Source of the DNA: Octopus sinensis
Taxonomy: Eukaryota
Assembly: GCF_006345805.1 (NCBI RefSeq)
Contig: NC_043002.1
Location: 112,902,001 to 112,966,000, forward strand
DNA length: 64,000 nucleotides
Direction: 5' to 3'
The notes below the pieces were generated by a model that was not told the DNA's origin, made no database searches, and worked only from the letters and a program-made list of their open reading frames with translations. The translations under genes and the position numbers were made by a program. Position 1 is the first letter of the stretch. Each line of letters begins with the position of its first letter. This document shows, in pieces, positions 1 through 13,968 of this stretch.

Positions 1-430
1 AGAATTAAGGGCGTGACAGATCTCGATTATACCACCAGCATTGCCCATACGACTTCGACATTAGTTTCAACATTCATCCAAGGCTAGGACCACATGCCAT
101 ACGTCCACTACTAAATTCAGGATCACTACACATAAATACACTGCAACACAATTTCTTTTCCTCAACAGGCCCTGCCCTGCTTAACAGTGTCCCAAAATAA
201 ATCAAAGAGGAAAAAGATCTCATTACCTTTAAACAGAATCTTGACAAATCTCTTCAAGGGATGCCAGATAGGCCACCTGTACCTGGATATAACTCACTCA
301 ACGAGAACTCCCTGTTTGAACGTGCCATAATACCACAAAACTTGACTTTAAAAGGATTTAGCAAATCCTATCAGGTGGTGCTTCTAAGTTAGTCATGGCA
401 TGGGCCAGTTTTTAGTCGAAACATATCTAA
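1..430 (+). mobile_element. CR1-type LINE 3' end relic (ORF2 C-terminus plus 3' UTR)
   Basis: Manual translation FFSSTGPALLNSVPK*IKEEKDLITFKQNLDKSLQGMPDRPPVPGYNSLNENSL resembles CR1 ORF2 C-termini; contains an in-frame stop. Confidence 0.7.
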
Positions 431-453
431 GTTTATATATTGTATGATATATA

Positions 454-534
<81 letters not shown>

Positions 535-537
<3 letters not shown>

Positions 538-700
538 CGCAGGAGTGGCTGTGTGGTAAGTAGCTTGCTAACCAACCACATGGTTCCGGGTTCAGTCCCA
601 CTGCGTGGCATCTTGGGCAAGTGTCTTCTGCTATAGCCTCGGGCCGATCAAAGCCTTGTGAGTGGATTTGGTAGACGGAAACTGAAAGAAGCCTGTCGTA

Positions 701-762
<62 letters not shown>

Positions 763-987
763 GTGTATATGTTTGTGTCTGTGTTTGTCCCTCTAGCCTT
801 GCTTGACAACCGATGCTGGTGTGTTTAATCCCCGTCACTTAGCGGTTCGGCAAAAGAGACCGATAGAATAAGTACTGGGCTTACAAAGAATAAGTCCCGG
901 GGTCGATTTGCTCGACTAAAGGTGGTGCTCCAGCATAGCCGCAGTCAAATGACTGAAACAGTAAAAGAGTAAAAGAGTAAAAGAGTA
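535..987 (+). mobile_element. SINE family A (tRNA-derived head, internal TA/TG microsatellite, (AAGAGTA)n tail)
   Basis: Head GGCGCAGGAGTGGCTGTGTGGTAAG..GGTTCAGTCCC; about ten near-identical copies in the window. Confidence 0.9.
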
Positions 988-1326
988 TACATATATATAT
1001 GTGTGTGTGCGTGTGTGTGTGTATATACATACATACATACATACATACATACATACATACATTCATAATACATATATATGTATGTGAGTGTGTGTATACA
1101 TAGACATATGTGTGAGTGTGTATGTGTGTATATATATATCTACGCACAGGCTAACTCAGTTATATGTTCACAAATCGCTGGAATTGGCTTGAATCAAACA
1201 AAAAAACATCCTTGTGACTTTGTTAGAGACTGGGTTGAATTGTGAAAAGAAAAACCTAAATAATACATTACTACGCGCATACAAACCTGAATATATACGT
1301 TCATACATATGTACATATGTACATGA

Positions 1327-1545
<219 letters not shown>

Positions 1546-2275
1546 TACGTACGTAAGTATGTACATATGTTTGTTTGTTATCCTATCACAATAAAATATC
1601 AAAATATTAAAAGTTTATTCCTTCGGGACTTATCTTCCATTTGTCTTTCATTCCGGAAATACCATGACTTATGATAAAAGAATGTTACATTTTTTTACAG
1701 TTCTCTTTTGTTTGTATTTTGTTTCATGAAAACAATTCGGAAGTTTATAATAAATCATTCTTTATTCTTTGTTGTTTGTTGTTACTGTTGTTGTTTCTGG
1801 TTGTTTGTTTCACAACGAAATAGTTACGATTTCAACTGTTCTCCAAAACAACTACAGTTTCACCTGGAAAACAAATGCCCATTCTGGAGCCATCGTAGGA
1901 GCTGCAGGATGGTTATTTCGGTTCGTTAGAAACAGCAGCCAAATTTCTTTATGTCTTACTATCTTGAAAAAGGTGCAACACGTTAGACAATATTGTCCAA
2001 GATACGCAATACTCAAGTAAAGAATGGTGCTGGAATGCCTATGCGAATGGAAGTTCTAAATTGGCCTGAGATAAGACAGCAACAACTATAACACAATGCC
2101 TAAGTTGGCAATTGTAGTGAGACGCGAACTGTAAACTTTCCTATAACAATGTATAATTCTATTCTGCTTTTCACGATATATGTTCGAATATTACAAGTTC
2201 GTGCGAAGAAATAACAATGACGAAGAAAACAAGAAACGACTAACGTGTAAAACATTGCAGCGGTGCAGTTCCTAA

Positions 2276-2507
2276 AGGCGGCGAGCTGGCAGAAACGTTA
2301 GCACGCCGGGCGAAATGCTTTGCGGTATTTCGTCTGCCGTTACGTTCTGAGTTCAAGTTCCGCCGAGGTCGACTTTGCCTTTCATCCTTTCGGGGTCGAT
2401 TAGATAAGTACCAGTTACGCACTGGGGTCGATATAATTGACTTAGTTCATTTGTCTGTTCTTGTTTGTCCTCTCTGTGTTTAACCCCTTGTGGGTAGTAA
2501 AGAAATA
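2276..2507 (+). mobile_element. SINE family B (tRNA-like head, CORE-like middle)
   Basis: GGCGAGCTGGCAGAAACG...GTAGTAAAGAAATA; 14-bp TSD GGT(G/A)CAGTTCCTAA at 2262-2275 and 2508-2521. Confidence 0.92.
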
Positions 2508-3060
2508 GGTACAGTTCCTAACTAAGCATTGTATACAGTAATGCCCTGAGCTAAACGCCAGAATGTTTCATTAACTGGTCTTCGAATAGTTTTGGATACA
2601 ACTGCTCATTTTCGATTACCTTAATCAGATGCCTAACACATCTATAATATCATTCTGCCCGTTACAGTGTTCGTATTTTCAAGTGTTTTAGTGTAATCTA
2701 GTGCACCTCATTGATTATGGAGCGAAATCAAAGAAATAATCGAAATGCTTAGCATAAAAAAGTAAGTTCGGATGTTAGACTTTTAACAACCTTCAGCGAA
2801 GGAACAAAATCGAAAACATAATCTTAATCTTTAACATAATGAAATAAGTTTTATTGAGATAAAGTGCATCTAGAATCACACCATCCAATGTATCTAATCC
2901 CTCGTTTTTTTCAAAATAGTAAGTTTTCATTTCATACGATTTCTAAAAGAGTGAACGATAACAGAGACTTCCTCTTGGCTTAGAATATAACACAAAAGTG
3001 TCAAAGGCATAGAATGCGTGATCTAGCCACTGGTAACTTATGTCATGCTGTTGTACACCA

Positions 3061-3446
3061 TGGATGGAAGCACTCCGTCGGTTACGACGACGTGGGTTCC
3101 GGTTGATCCGATCAACGGAACAGCCTGCTCGTGAAATTAACGCGTAAGTGGCTGAGCACTCCACAGACACGTGTACCCTTAACGTAGTTCTCGGGGATAT
3201 TCAGCATGACACAGAGAGTGACACGGCCGGCCCCTTGAAATACAGATACAACAGAAACAGGAAGTAAGAGTGAGAAAAAGTTGTGGTGAAAGAGTACAGC
3301 AGGGATCACCACCATCCCTGCCGGAGCCTCGTGGAGCTTTAGGTGTTTTCGCTCAATAAACACTCACAACGCCCGGTCTGGAAATCGAAACCGCGATCCT
3401 ATGACCGCGAGTCCGCTGCCCTAACCACTGAGCCATTGCACCTCTA
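3061..3446 (-). mobile_element. SINE family C (tRNA-derived)
   Basis: Multicopy; 13-bp TSD CTGTTGTACACCA at 3048-3060 and 3447-3459. Confidence 0.93.
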
Positions 3447-3714
3447 CTGTTGTACACCAATCAGTGCTTTCAAACAGGCATGTCAGGGTTAATGACACCA
3501 GCTTGCACCTTGATATCTTTAGCGGAGTCAACTTTGTTGCAAGCATTCAGCTCAGCTCTCCAGTCAAATTATTAATTACCTAAATATATTGCAACTGCAT
3601 AAGAGAAAGGAACTGTTTCCAACGAGCAATTGAAGCTAGGACGCTGTCTTGATTTGCTAGAGGCGTATATCTCACATTACGGCATTTACCAGAGCAAAAG
3701 AAAAGAAGAAAGTA

Positions 3715-3854
3715 ACAGTTGCTGTGTGGTAAAGAGCTTGCTTCCCAACTACATCCTTCCAAGTTCAACCTCACTGCATGACACCTTGCGGAAATATCTT
3801 CTACAATAGTCTTGTGACTGTATTTGGTTGGCAGAAACTGAGAATAGCCCGTTC

Positions 3855-3913
<59 letters not shown>

Positions 3914-4112
3914 GTATGTATATACGCGTGTGTGTGTTTGTGTCTGTGATTGCGCCCACTACCGCTTGAACCTGGTGTTTGGTTGTTTACGTCCCCGTAA
4001 CCTAGCGGTTCGGCAAAAAGAAAGCCGAGAGAATAAGTACCAGGCTAAAAACTCTTCAGTGCGGTGCTCCCAGCATGGCTGCACCCTAATAACTGAAACA
4101 AGTAAAAGATAA
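3715..4112 (+). mobile_element. Older diverged family A-related SINE
   Basis: Degenerate A head, internal (TA)n, tail GAAACAAGTAAAAGATAAA. Confidence 0.75.
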
Positions 4113-4442
4113 ACGATAAGAGATTATGATTGCTCATTTAGATTTCTTTGCTAGAGAAGTTTGACGATCCTCAGACAATTTATTCCATATTTATTTTAAT
4201 GTTCCACATGAGGTTTCAGTCGATGAATTTTTCTTTCATACTGAAGTGCTTTCTCCTCACATCTACACACGTTTTTTTTTTTTTTTGTCTCAGACAGCAT
4301 TTAAAACGTCCTGCATTAGAAATCCGAACTTAACTTATTATGTGTCTCGTATACTTTCCTGGAAACGACCTGTATTAAACTATTATCCCATTAAGTTACT
4401 AGTAAACCTATAACTATGGTATTTTCTACATTACAATTGATA

Positions 4443-4850
4443 GAGGTGTGGCTGTGAGAAGCTTGCTTGCCAACCACATGGTTCCGAGTTTAGTCCCACT
4501 TCATGGCACCTTCGGAAAGTGTCTTCTATTATAGTCTCGGGTCGACCAAAGCCTTGAAAGTGAATTTGATATTCGGACAACTGAGAAAAATACCGTCATG
4601 TGTGTGTGTGTGTGTATGCGCGCGTATTTTTGTATTTGTATTTGTCCTCCCCCACCGCTTGCCAACCGATGGTGCTCTGATTACATCCCCGTAACTCAGC
4701 CGTACGGCAAAAGAACCCGATAGAATAAGTCTAGGCTTTAAAAACAACTAAGTACTAGAGTAAATTTATTCGACTAAAAGTTCTTCAAGATGGTGCCCCA
4801 GCATGGCCGCAGTCTAATGACTGTAACATGTAAAACATAAAAAAATATAA
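4443..4850 (+). mobile_element. Older diverged family A-related SINE
   Basis: Similarity to family A along its length. Confidence 0.75.
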
Positions 4851-5239
4851 AAGATACAATCTTACAGCAATCATACTATTTTGAAGGCTTCGATATTTAT
4901 ACTTGAGTCCAAAATTACACAAAACTAACAGAAATACATGCAAATAAATAACAAAATGATGACAAATTATTGTGAAGTTCTAAATCCTAAAACACTCGGG
5001 AAATCATACTCTAAATATGGTAGTTGCTATTACGGGATAGTAACAAAATTAATTGCGATCTTTGTTATTTTAAACGTTGATGTTCATTTTGAAATAAGCT
5101 TAAAATTAAAGCTATATATTCATTTTGCTATATATTCATTCTGGAACGAGCTTAAACTAAAGCTATGTATATGCCATTTTGAAGCACAGAATTTGGTCTA
5201 TTGATTTATGCTAATGGCTTTGCTTTCACTACGCATTTC

Positions 5240-6235
5240 TTGTTACACCAGGCTGTCAAATCAACGTCGGAGAAAAGTAAATTTAAGCGATACTATTGCG
5301 ACTTCGAAATGAAATGCAATGTAGTAACCATTTAGCCAGGAGACAGTCAACAATAGTCCATAATAACATTAGCTCCAAAAAGTTCGTAGCAGCGACGAGA
5401 GCGTTGAACATGAAGAAGAACGCAGGCGCTTTTCTGCGATTTACAACAGCAAATTGAGAGCCGTTATTGAAGTGGAGGGCAATAAAATAATTTGAGATAT
5501 TCTAAAACTATATGTCGGTCATTCATCACTTGTTCGATATTTGCACCAGCCTGAAAAATCAAAAACGCTCAACAAAGGAGTGCCACATGAGCCGAACGAA
5601 AAAAAATATTAACGCTTCTTTTGTGCAGTTAAAACGATCCATTTCTTAACTGAACGAAAATGGATTCTGCACAACAGCTGGCGGGGATTCATAAAGTTGA
5701 TAGAATAAGGTGAAGCACCAAAGCACTTTCCTGAACCGAAGCTACATCAAAATAATGTTATTGTCTCTGCTTGTGTAGTCGACAAATAGATTCATCCACT
5801 ACTTTTTCATGGATTCGCTTGAAACCATCATAACAAAGTAACACTGCCAAAATATTGCCGAAATGCACCAAGAACCACGACGTTTACTCTAGCAATTGTT
5901 AATTAAAAGAACCAGTTCTTCTCCATGACAACGGTCAACTACAAAATTGAAATTGATCGTACTGGGATCTGAAACTTCATTTACACCATCTTACTCGCCA
6001 GGCCTCTCTCCAATTGACATTTTCAAGCCTCTTGGTGACTTCAACCAAGCAAACAGTTAAACAGACCTTCGAAGAATTCAATGATTTGTATAAATAAATT
6101 TGTTTCTTATTGCTAAAGAAATGTAGATTCAAATTAATTAAATCTATTCTGAGCTGAGATATATTACTTTACGATCGGTGTAAGTATAAAAATAAAAAAT
6201 AAGGTGTAAAACATAATTGCGGTTAAAAACCAAAG
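5240..6235 (+). mobile_element. Degenerate mariner transposase relic
   Basis: Residual motifs VPHEP (WVPHEL-like), EAPKHFPEPKLHQ, LLHDN, YSPGLSP; many stops and frameshifts; boundaries approximate. Confidence 0.75.
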
Positions 6236-6699
6236 AATTCTTTTCTTTTTTATGTTTGCTCTTTTATTCCTAATTTCTCAGACTCATTATACTAATTTGG
6301 TGAAATCAAGATAGGGTTCATCATTCTGATCGGATATAATTAAGAAATTGTGGAATATTGAAATTAAACACCTGAAGGAGTTTGGAGAATGAACCATCCA
6401 AAAAGTAGAGGGAAATATAAGAATACAAAAGAAGAGATTAATATCCTAGGAAATTTTAATTAAATTGTCTTATTTCTGAAACATTCCTGTAAATAAATAC
6501 CTCCTGTTCGAAGTGTCGGTCCAAATGTTATATCGAGTTCCCTACATTTTAACATTAATGTTTGCTTCTGTGTAGTTATCGGTCTCTTGGTTTGGTCCTA
6601 TAAGGTTACTGCCATGAAAAATAGTTTTGAGTACATTACAAAGGTTACAAGTTAAGAAATGGTAGAGCAAATAAAACATTGTACATTTTGTTTTGTCTA

Positions 6700-6880
6700 C
6701 AACATAACCAGAGAAGGAAGGACAACACTATATGGCATTTCTCGAGGACTCTGAGACTTAACGGATGAAGAAGGATAACCATCTGCAGACCAGAGATCTA
6801 ACATGAATGCTTGCAACAGAGTGGATTCCACATTCGGATACTAAAGTAGATGATGGATTAAATCGAGAATAGAAGAACAG
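6700..6880 (+). mobile_element. Possible RTE-type LINE 3' relic
   Basis: Weak resemblance to RTE ORF C-termini only. Confidence 0.3.
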
Positions 6881-6973
6881 GAACAGTCTCTCATAAAGCT
6901 GTCACAGTCTCACCTACCGAATTTCACTCACAAAACTTGCATCGAAAAGATTCTTTGGTAAAATAAAAACATT

Positions 6974-7135
6974 AGGCGCAGGAGTGGCTGTGTGGTAAGT
7001 AGCTTGCTAACCAACCACATGGTTCTGGGTTCAGTCCCACTGCGTGGCATCTTGGGCAAGTATCTTCTGCTATAGCCCCGGGCCGACCAATGCCTTGTGA
7101 GTGAATTTGGTAGACGGAAACTGAAAGAAGCCTGT

Positions 7136-7179
<44 letters not shown>

Positions 7180-7417
7180 TGTGTGTGTGTATATGTTTGT
7201 GTGTCTGTGTTTGTCCCCCTAGCATTGCTTGACAACCTATGCTGGTGTGTTTACGTCCCCGTCACTTAGCGGTTCGGCAAAAGAGACCAATAGAATAAGT
7301 ACTGGGCATACAAAGAATAAGTCTCGGGGTCGATTTGCTCGACTAAAGGCGGTGCTCCAGCATGGCCGTAGTCAAATGACTGAAACATGTAAAAGAGTAA
7401 AGAGAGAGTAAAGAGTA
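6974..7417 (+). mobile_element. SINE family A
   Basis: Full-length match to 535-987. Confidence 0.92.
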
Positions 7418-9219
7418 CCATATAGTAGAATTGAACCAGAAACCACGTAGTTGTAATGGGAACTACTTAACCAACACAGACACACTGCCAGGTATAATAA
7501 CCCACGGATGCGGAGTCAAAATCTGCAACAGATCCTTCGATGGGGGTTATAAGGCTTAGTTATCTGGTTGTGGGCCATCGATATCCATAAAGCGTTAGAG
7601 CAAAATGAGGAGCCACAAAGATTTTACATGGTGTAAACTTTTTAGAGAGTATCTGTAGTTTATTCAAAGAGTTGCAGTATTCCATATGTTAGTGGTTCGT
7701 GTCTCGTCAAGATTCAAAATCTATATCCTTCAAAAGCCCAAACTACTTTTCAAATAATAGACACCATTGGGCAGGCAAGTGGAGCAGTTACTTTGATTGA
7801 TAGTGTTTATCTATCTTATAGGTTTAATTGAAAGAGGGGTTTCCTACTGGGTTGGCTTCAGTTAAACACATCATACGCAGGCGGGAGTTCTCGACAATTC
7901 TCCTAAAACACTCTGAATTACGAGACTTGTTTATCCCATATCCACATGCACATATAAAATCAGTTATTTTGCTGTGTCGGTGCCATAAATAACCTTCTCA
8001 GTCACTATCACATAACCATAACTAACACTAATTCATATAAATTCAATTCCCAAACCACAAAAGTCAGAGGAAATTTTGTTCAATAAACAGTTAATGAAGC
8101 ACCTAATGAGATTATGATATTCTGAATAATTATTAATTTTCCTCTTCTGAAATTAGTAACATTGTAGAGAATAACGAATAGCAAAACCAATCCAATAAAT
8201 GCCGATTCTTGGATCCTTAAAATGTGTTTAAAACTAAAGAGTCTTAACTGTTCATTTGGATCGCAAAACGGCTATTATTCTATTGCAAATAAATATATTA
8301 TTATCACCGAGGCAATAGTTAAGAATTGGTTTTCTATTTGCTTGCGCTACTTTTATGGCAATAATATTTATTAACTCCCATTAGGTCTTCTTTTAACTGC
8401 AGTTAAACCCCCTTGGGGTTAAAATGGAGCCTTTACATTCATTGATTGTTTCATTGTTACTGTTTTTGTTCAACCGAAATACAGAGAAGACATTGAATGT
8501 AATTTTCAAATGTCTAAACCACGGAAAGCATGTAAATGGATACTGTTTAGAGTATTTCGTTGGTTTATGTGTGTAACTGTGGATGAGCGTGTTCGTGTGT
8601 GTCTCTATGTTCTGGCCCCAGGTCATGTAATATTAGGGAAGAGGAGAAAAGAGAAATTAAATTTACTCTTCACATCATGTAAGACTGCAAAGCGCATCCT
8701 TGTACACTCGATAAAATAAGTCTCTACAAGATACTGATATCACTTCTACAAGCCATACAAAATTCAACATGGGACAACGAGTAAGTCTGTATGTGACCGT
8801 TTAAGTTGCTAGAAATTGCAATCAGTCTCACTCAAGTAGCACCCAACTGTGTAACCTGAGTGGGATTAATAGACAAAAAGAACACTTTAAAAATGTAGCA
8901 TTGGATTCCTTGCACACAAAGAAGAGGATGGCCACGGTCTTTTTAATGAGGGTTGAACTGGGATTAACCAATACCAATTACAATATTCTAATGTTGTAAA
9001 TACGGAACAGAAATCAATATTGCTATCCACCCGTCTTCTAGATTTGGTGATAGCGAAGACATACACCTGATTTTTATGAAATTTCATAACTGAATCAATC
9101 GAATGTAATTCTCCTTATTAAAAAGTTGGGAGTATAAACCAAAGACAAAATAATTGATATCATAGGTCAATGAGATGATTCTTTCAGGAGTGATTAAGAG
9201 GTTAAAAAGAATACATTAG

Positions 9220-9605
9220 TGGATGGAAGCACTCCGTCGGTTACGACGACGAGGGTTCCGGTTGATCCGATCAACGGAACAGCCTGCTCGTGAAATTAAC
9301 GTGTAAGTGGCTGAGCACTCCACAGACACGTGCACCCTTAACGTAGTTCTCGGGGATATTCAGCGTGACACAGAGAGTGACAAGGCCGGCCCTTTGAAAT
9401 ACAGGTACAACAGAAACAGGAAGAAAGAGTGAGAGAAAGTTGTGGTGAAAGAGTACAGCAGGGATCACCACAATCCCCTGCAGGAGCCTCGTAGAGCTTT
9501 AGGTGTTTTCGCTCAATAAACACTCACAACGCCCGGTCTGGGAATCGAAACCGCGATCCTACGACCGCGAGTTCGCTGCCCTAACCACTGGGTCATTGCG
9601 CCTCC
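9220..9605 (-). mobile_element. SINE family C
   Basis: Full-length match to the other C copies; no clear TSD. Confidence 0.92.
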
Positions 9606-9619
9606 ACCTTACGGAAATG

Positions 9620-10170
9620 ACACCACTGAGAAGAGCAATGTACTATAGTTGAATGAAGAAGTTAAAAGAAGATTCCACTATCGAAGACAAACCACGCAAT
9701 CGAAGACCACTGAAACGAATCGCCAGCGAGTTGGTGAATTGATTCGCGCAGGCAAACGTATCTCAAAATTTGAACTTTCATTATATCTATGTTGATCTCA
9801 TTATATCTATGTTTGATATCAGTGCATTGGAAAAGACTGGATTAAGATTTTGGGTGTCAGAAAGTGTCCACAAAGGGATACCTGGGCTTTTGACATGCGA
9901 TTAGAAGGAATGAAGCATTTGTTGAAAGCATTTGAAGCCATCATAGAGACGTTCTTTTTCTGTGATTTGGTAATAGATGAAACATGTGTATATCTTTATT
10001 ATCAGAGAAAAACAACCATTTTCTTTAAAGCGTAAGAGGTTCAAAAAGCAATGACCGGCACAGAATATCATGCTGGGTGTTTTCGGGGAGTGAGATGACA
10101 AGGGCGTCATTCTTCTTGATTCTATGGAAAGGGGTTGTACGAATCCCACTTGATTCTATAGAAAGAGGAA
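9620..10170 (+). mobile_element. Degenerate mariner relic
   Basis: Fragments AMYYSWMKKLKEDSTIEDKPR, LGVRKVSTKGIP, VIDETCVYLYY, DDKGVILLDSMERG. Confidence 0.6.
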
Positions 10171-10249
10171 ACACGAGAGCTGCATACAACTTTCGTCCCA
10201 AAAATATATTACTGCACAGAAGCACACATTACATCGTAGCAGATGATAC

Positions 10250-10350
10250 ACCAAGCACCTATATGAGAGGATCTCTCAAGGCTAATAATGGAGAATCCAG
10301 TTTTCTAACAAGGCATTCATGTTAAGACATAAAGATTACCTTTGATATCA
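10250..10350 (+). repeat. About 100-bp unclassified dispersed repeat, second copy at 14250-14350
   Basis: Both read CCAAGCACCTATATGA..GGATC.CTCAAGGCTAATAA...TTCTAACAAGGCATTCATGTT. Confidence 0.75.
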
Positions 10351-10749
10351 ATAACGTTTGTGTCGCTCATAATTAATTTTTAATAAGCCTGTTGGTCATT
10401 TGCAACATCACTACCGGAAAAGATGCTAATCTATTTTTACATATATAAATGTCAATTTCTGTCTCTCAGTCTGTCTGTTCGCCTGTCTGTTACCAACTTA
10501 GTGCATAAACTACCGAACCAATATTCACGAAACTTTGCATATATGTGACACTAACATCAACAAAATTCAATGTATTATACTCATTGTGTATGCAAAGTAA
10601 CTTTTTTAGATTAATTTTTCATGCTGATTTCAAAATTTCACTCCATTTGTATGCAGCGCATATCAGGTTTTCCATAGATACTGGGAAATATTTACATATT
10701 TGTATACATGAAATCATTAACGTAATAAATAAGGACATATTTTTAGAAA

Positions 10750-12875
10750 GTAAATGAGTTTATTGAGTTAAAAATCATCACTATCATTCTACAAAGAGTG
10801 AATGCATAAAAAATGGATCAGCAAAACGGACAAAGTTAGAACAACAGAGTTAGAAACATTGTGATTTGGATTTCCTGCGATATTCCTGATCTGGTTGATC
10901 ACGGTAAAGTGTGCAGCCGTAGTCAACCAGCATACTGTCATTCCAGTAGCCATGATATGGATACTCCATAGCACTAATGTCCTAGTGAAATCTTTCACCA
11001 CGTTCATCAAATACTGCTCCAAGGCTGTTAGTGAAGAGATCCATATGGGAGTCCAGGAAGTGAACTTTCAGTGACATGCGACAACCTATTGCTGGGTAAC
11101 ATTTCAGAAGATTCTTGATGCCATTCTTGTAGTTCGTTGCCTTCTTGTTGCCCAAGAAATTCTCCAGTGTTGTCTTGAAGTTGACATCTTTGAGTACTAC
11201 TCTAATTTGGGGTCCGACAATGATAGCCTCTTTCAACTTCGCCTGTGTGATTTTTAGGAACCTTTTCCACAATATACTCAAACCCTCTGGTATTTTTCTT
11301 CCCAAGTGTCTTTAAAAACTGTTTCATCAGTCCAAGCTTTATGTGCAAAGGAGGCAATAGGATATTACATGGATCTACTAGAGGTGTGTTCTTGATGCTA
11401 GATAGTTCTGGCTGCTAAGATTTTCTTGTTCGCCAGTTTGATTCCAAATAATGTCTGTCAGTTACCCGACTATCCCATAGACACAAGAAACAACAGTATT
11501 TTGTGAAACTTGATTGCATTCCCATTAACATTCTAATTGACTTTTAAATCTCCACATATTTTCCATGAGTATTTTTTGTAGGCAATGGTATGAAGTAAAA
11601 GTTCCATATTCTCATATGATTCATGATAATGAATAGAGTGTCCAACAGAGACGGAGGGTTTGCAAATTATCATTATGGAGAAGTACAGCTTTTAAATTTC
11701 GTTTTGAAGAGTCAATAAACAAACGCCACTCAGCAGGAGTGATAAACATTCAGAAAGTCCATCAACGTTACTGCAAAAGCAAAGCGGGCCTTCAACAGAA
11801 AAATACGTTTGTAGAACCAAATTTCTCTGCGGAAAATAAGTTATACAAACACCGTGCTCTAGCAGACACTTCTCCTTCAGTCTTGGTGCCAACAGTTCTG
11901 CTTTATCTTTTGAGAGGAATAGGTCTCTGACAATGTCATTCAGTTAAGCTTGCGAAAAATTCTGAGTTTCAAAACTCTCGTCAACAGCCACGTAATCTCC
12001 ATCAACAGCACTATCGTCACAGTCAGCTTCATCATCCGATGTTTCAATACCATCATTTGATGGAAATGGAATTGGCAGACTTCTATTGTAAGGCACAGGT
12101 CTCATTGCAGAATCCAAATTGAGATACACAATTTTGTATTTATTCTTCATAGCAAATCCCGTGGCATTTACTTTGCAAAAATGACAGTCATTAAAATGGT
12201 CTTCCGGCTCCCTCCCTACCATGGGAATGGCGAAAGGCATGGACTTCTTCTTATTGAACCAGTCACGTAAGCCATTTGAGCAAGTCAAGCAGATAAAATG
12301 TGGTGCCCATAACTTGTCCTGATCTCCAAAAGGACAGTCAAAGTATAGTTTATAAATCTTCTTGATCTCAAGTGTTATTTAACATTTTTGTGCTTTCACA
12401 ATAAATTGTTCATAAAAATAGCGAAACACATCAGGACGATTTCTATACTGTTTTGATATTGTTAACACTGTAAAACAAGTGAGGAAATAGATACAAATCA
12501 TTATACTTAAATTGAATATAAGATTGTGAAATATTTCATCAGAGCAATTATGACTGGACAATTTGAGATGCTGAAATACCTATTTCATCAGACAAAATTT
12601 GATTGGTTAATTTAAGATGATGAAATATTGCATCTGAACCATGCAGCAATGAATAATGTGGTTTATTTTAAAAGTATGTTTCCATGATGTAAATAAAATA
12701 CATGCATACACGTCATTAATTGGAATTTCTATATAATGCATGAGCTAAAACTTTCTCATCTGGAAAACTGCAGGTGATTTCAAAAAACTAATTGCATACT
12801 TGAAACCAGCGTTAAAAACTACACTAACTACATCTTCTTGACATATGCTTGATGAAAAATACTTGTTGACCAGTA
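10750..12875 (-). mobile_element. DNA transposon relic, Chapaev3-like (CMC superfamily) transposase
   Basis: Minus-strand fragments WAPH..C..CSNGL..W..MPFAIPMVGREP.DHFNDCHFC, RLKEKCLL, VGPQIR, NFLGNKKATNY, GCRMSLKVHFLDSHMD, ERGERFH; 5' end like (C/T)ACTGGTCAACAAG near 12873; family assignment from recollection of the motifs, not a search. Confidence 0.7.
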
Positions 12876-13736
12876 TAATAGGCTAATTGGATTTCAATAA
12901 AAATCTATAATGTGCACCCCTAACCAGGGACATTGGGTGAATTGTATGATAAAATGAGGAGATTGCGAAAAGTATAAGTCTGAGGTAGTAACAGAGAGAG
13001 GGTGACTTATATCAGTGAAGGTGAGAACAGCAGTGAAAATGGGATGGAAACGTTAATATAGCTGTCATATATACGCGACACTGCATACATACTTTTGTAA
13101 ATACATAGATACACACACACGCACACAGAAAGGTGGGTATGAGGAATACGAAGCTTTAAGAAGAGAGAAGGTAGGTGGCTTTTCTGCTGCCTAGCGCAAA
13201 AGACACTCAAACACATACATATATATATATACATACATATGTATGTCTGTTTCTCTACTTTTGTAGAGTCTTCCTTGTTGCTGTCACATATTGTGAGATT
13301 TTAAAATTACGTAAATATTTTCAATTTTGGTAGATTGAAATAATTTTCCACGTTAAATCCGATTTTGTTATTTATTTCTTCCTAATATCCAGTTGAATTA
13401 TAGGCCAATTGGATTTCAATAAAAGTCTATAATGGGCCCCTTGGAAGGAGGGCTGTAGCACATGTTTACAAATCAGCTACAAGCTACGACATGCGACAGC
13501 GCCATCTACAATACATGTACTATTTGTGAATGTATTTGTAAATCTATTTATTTCGCGAATTTATTTCACTCAGATGCATATTCGTATGCTAAAGTAATAT
13601 ATGAACATTCCTTATTCACCCACTAATCGTATTAATAGCTTGTAATACCTATTTTTAGCAATAAACTATTATCATAAAGGCTAATAAAATATTTAATGGC
13701 TTAATTACACCTAACTGATTCTAAAGTTTATATATT

Positions 13737-13968
13737 TATTTCTTTACTACCTACAAGGGGCTAAACATAGAGGGGACAAACAAGGACAGACAAAGGGATT
13801 AAGTCGATTACATCGACCCCAGTGGGTAACTGGTACTTAATTTATCGACCCCGAAAGGATGAAAGGCAAAGTCGACCTCGGCGGAATTTGAACTCACAAC
13901 GTAACGACAGACAAAATACAGATAAGCATTTCGCCCGGCACGCTAACGTTTCTGCCAGCTCGCCACCT
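13737..13968 (-). mobile_element. SINE family B
   Basis: Full length; 11-bp TSD TATATATTTAT at 13729-13739 and 13972-13982. Confidence 0.9.

Noticed and set aside
9775-9815. Short tandem duplications (also 21108-21135 and 39125-39155)
   Set aside because: Ordinary slippage duplications of 13-20 bp.
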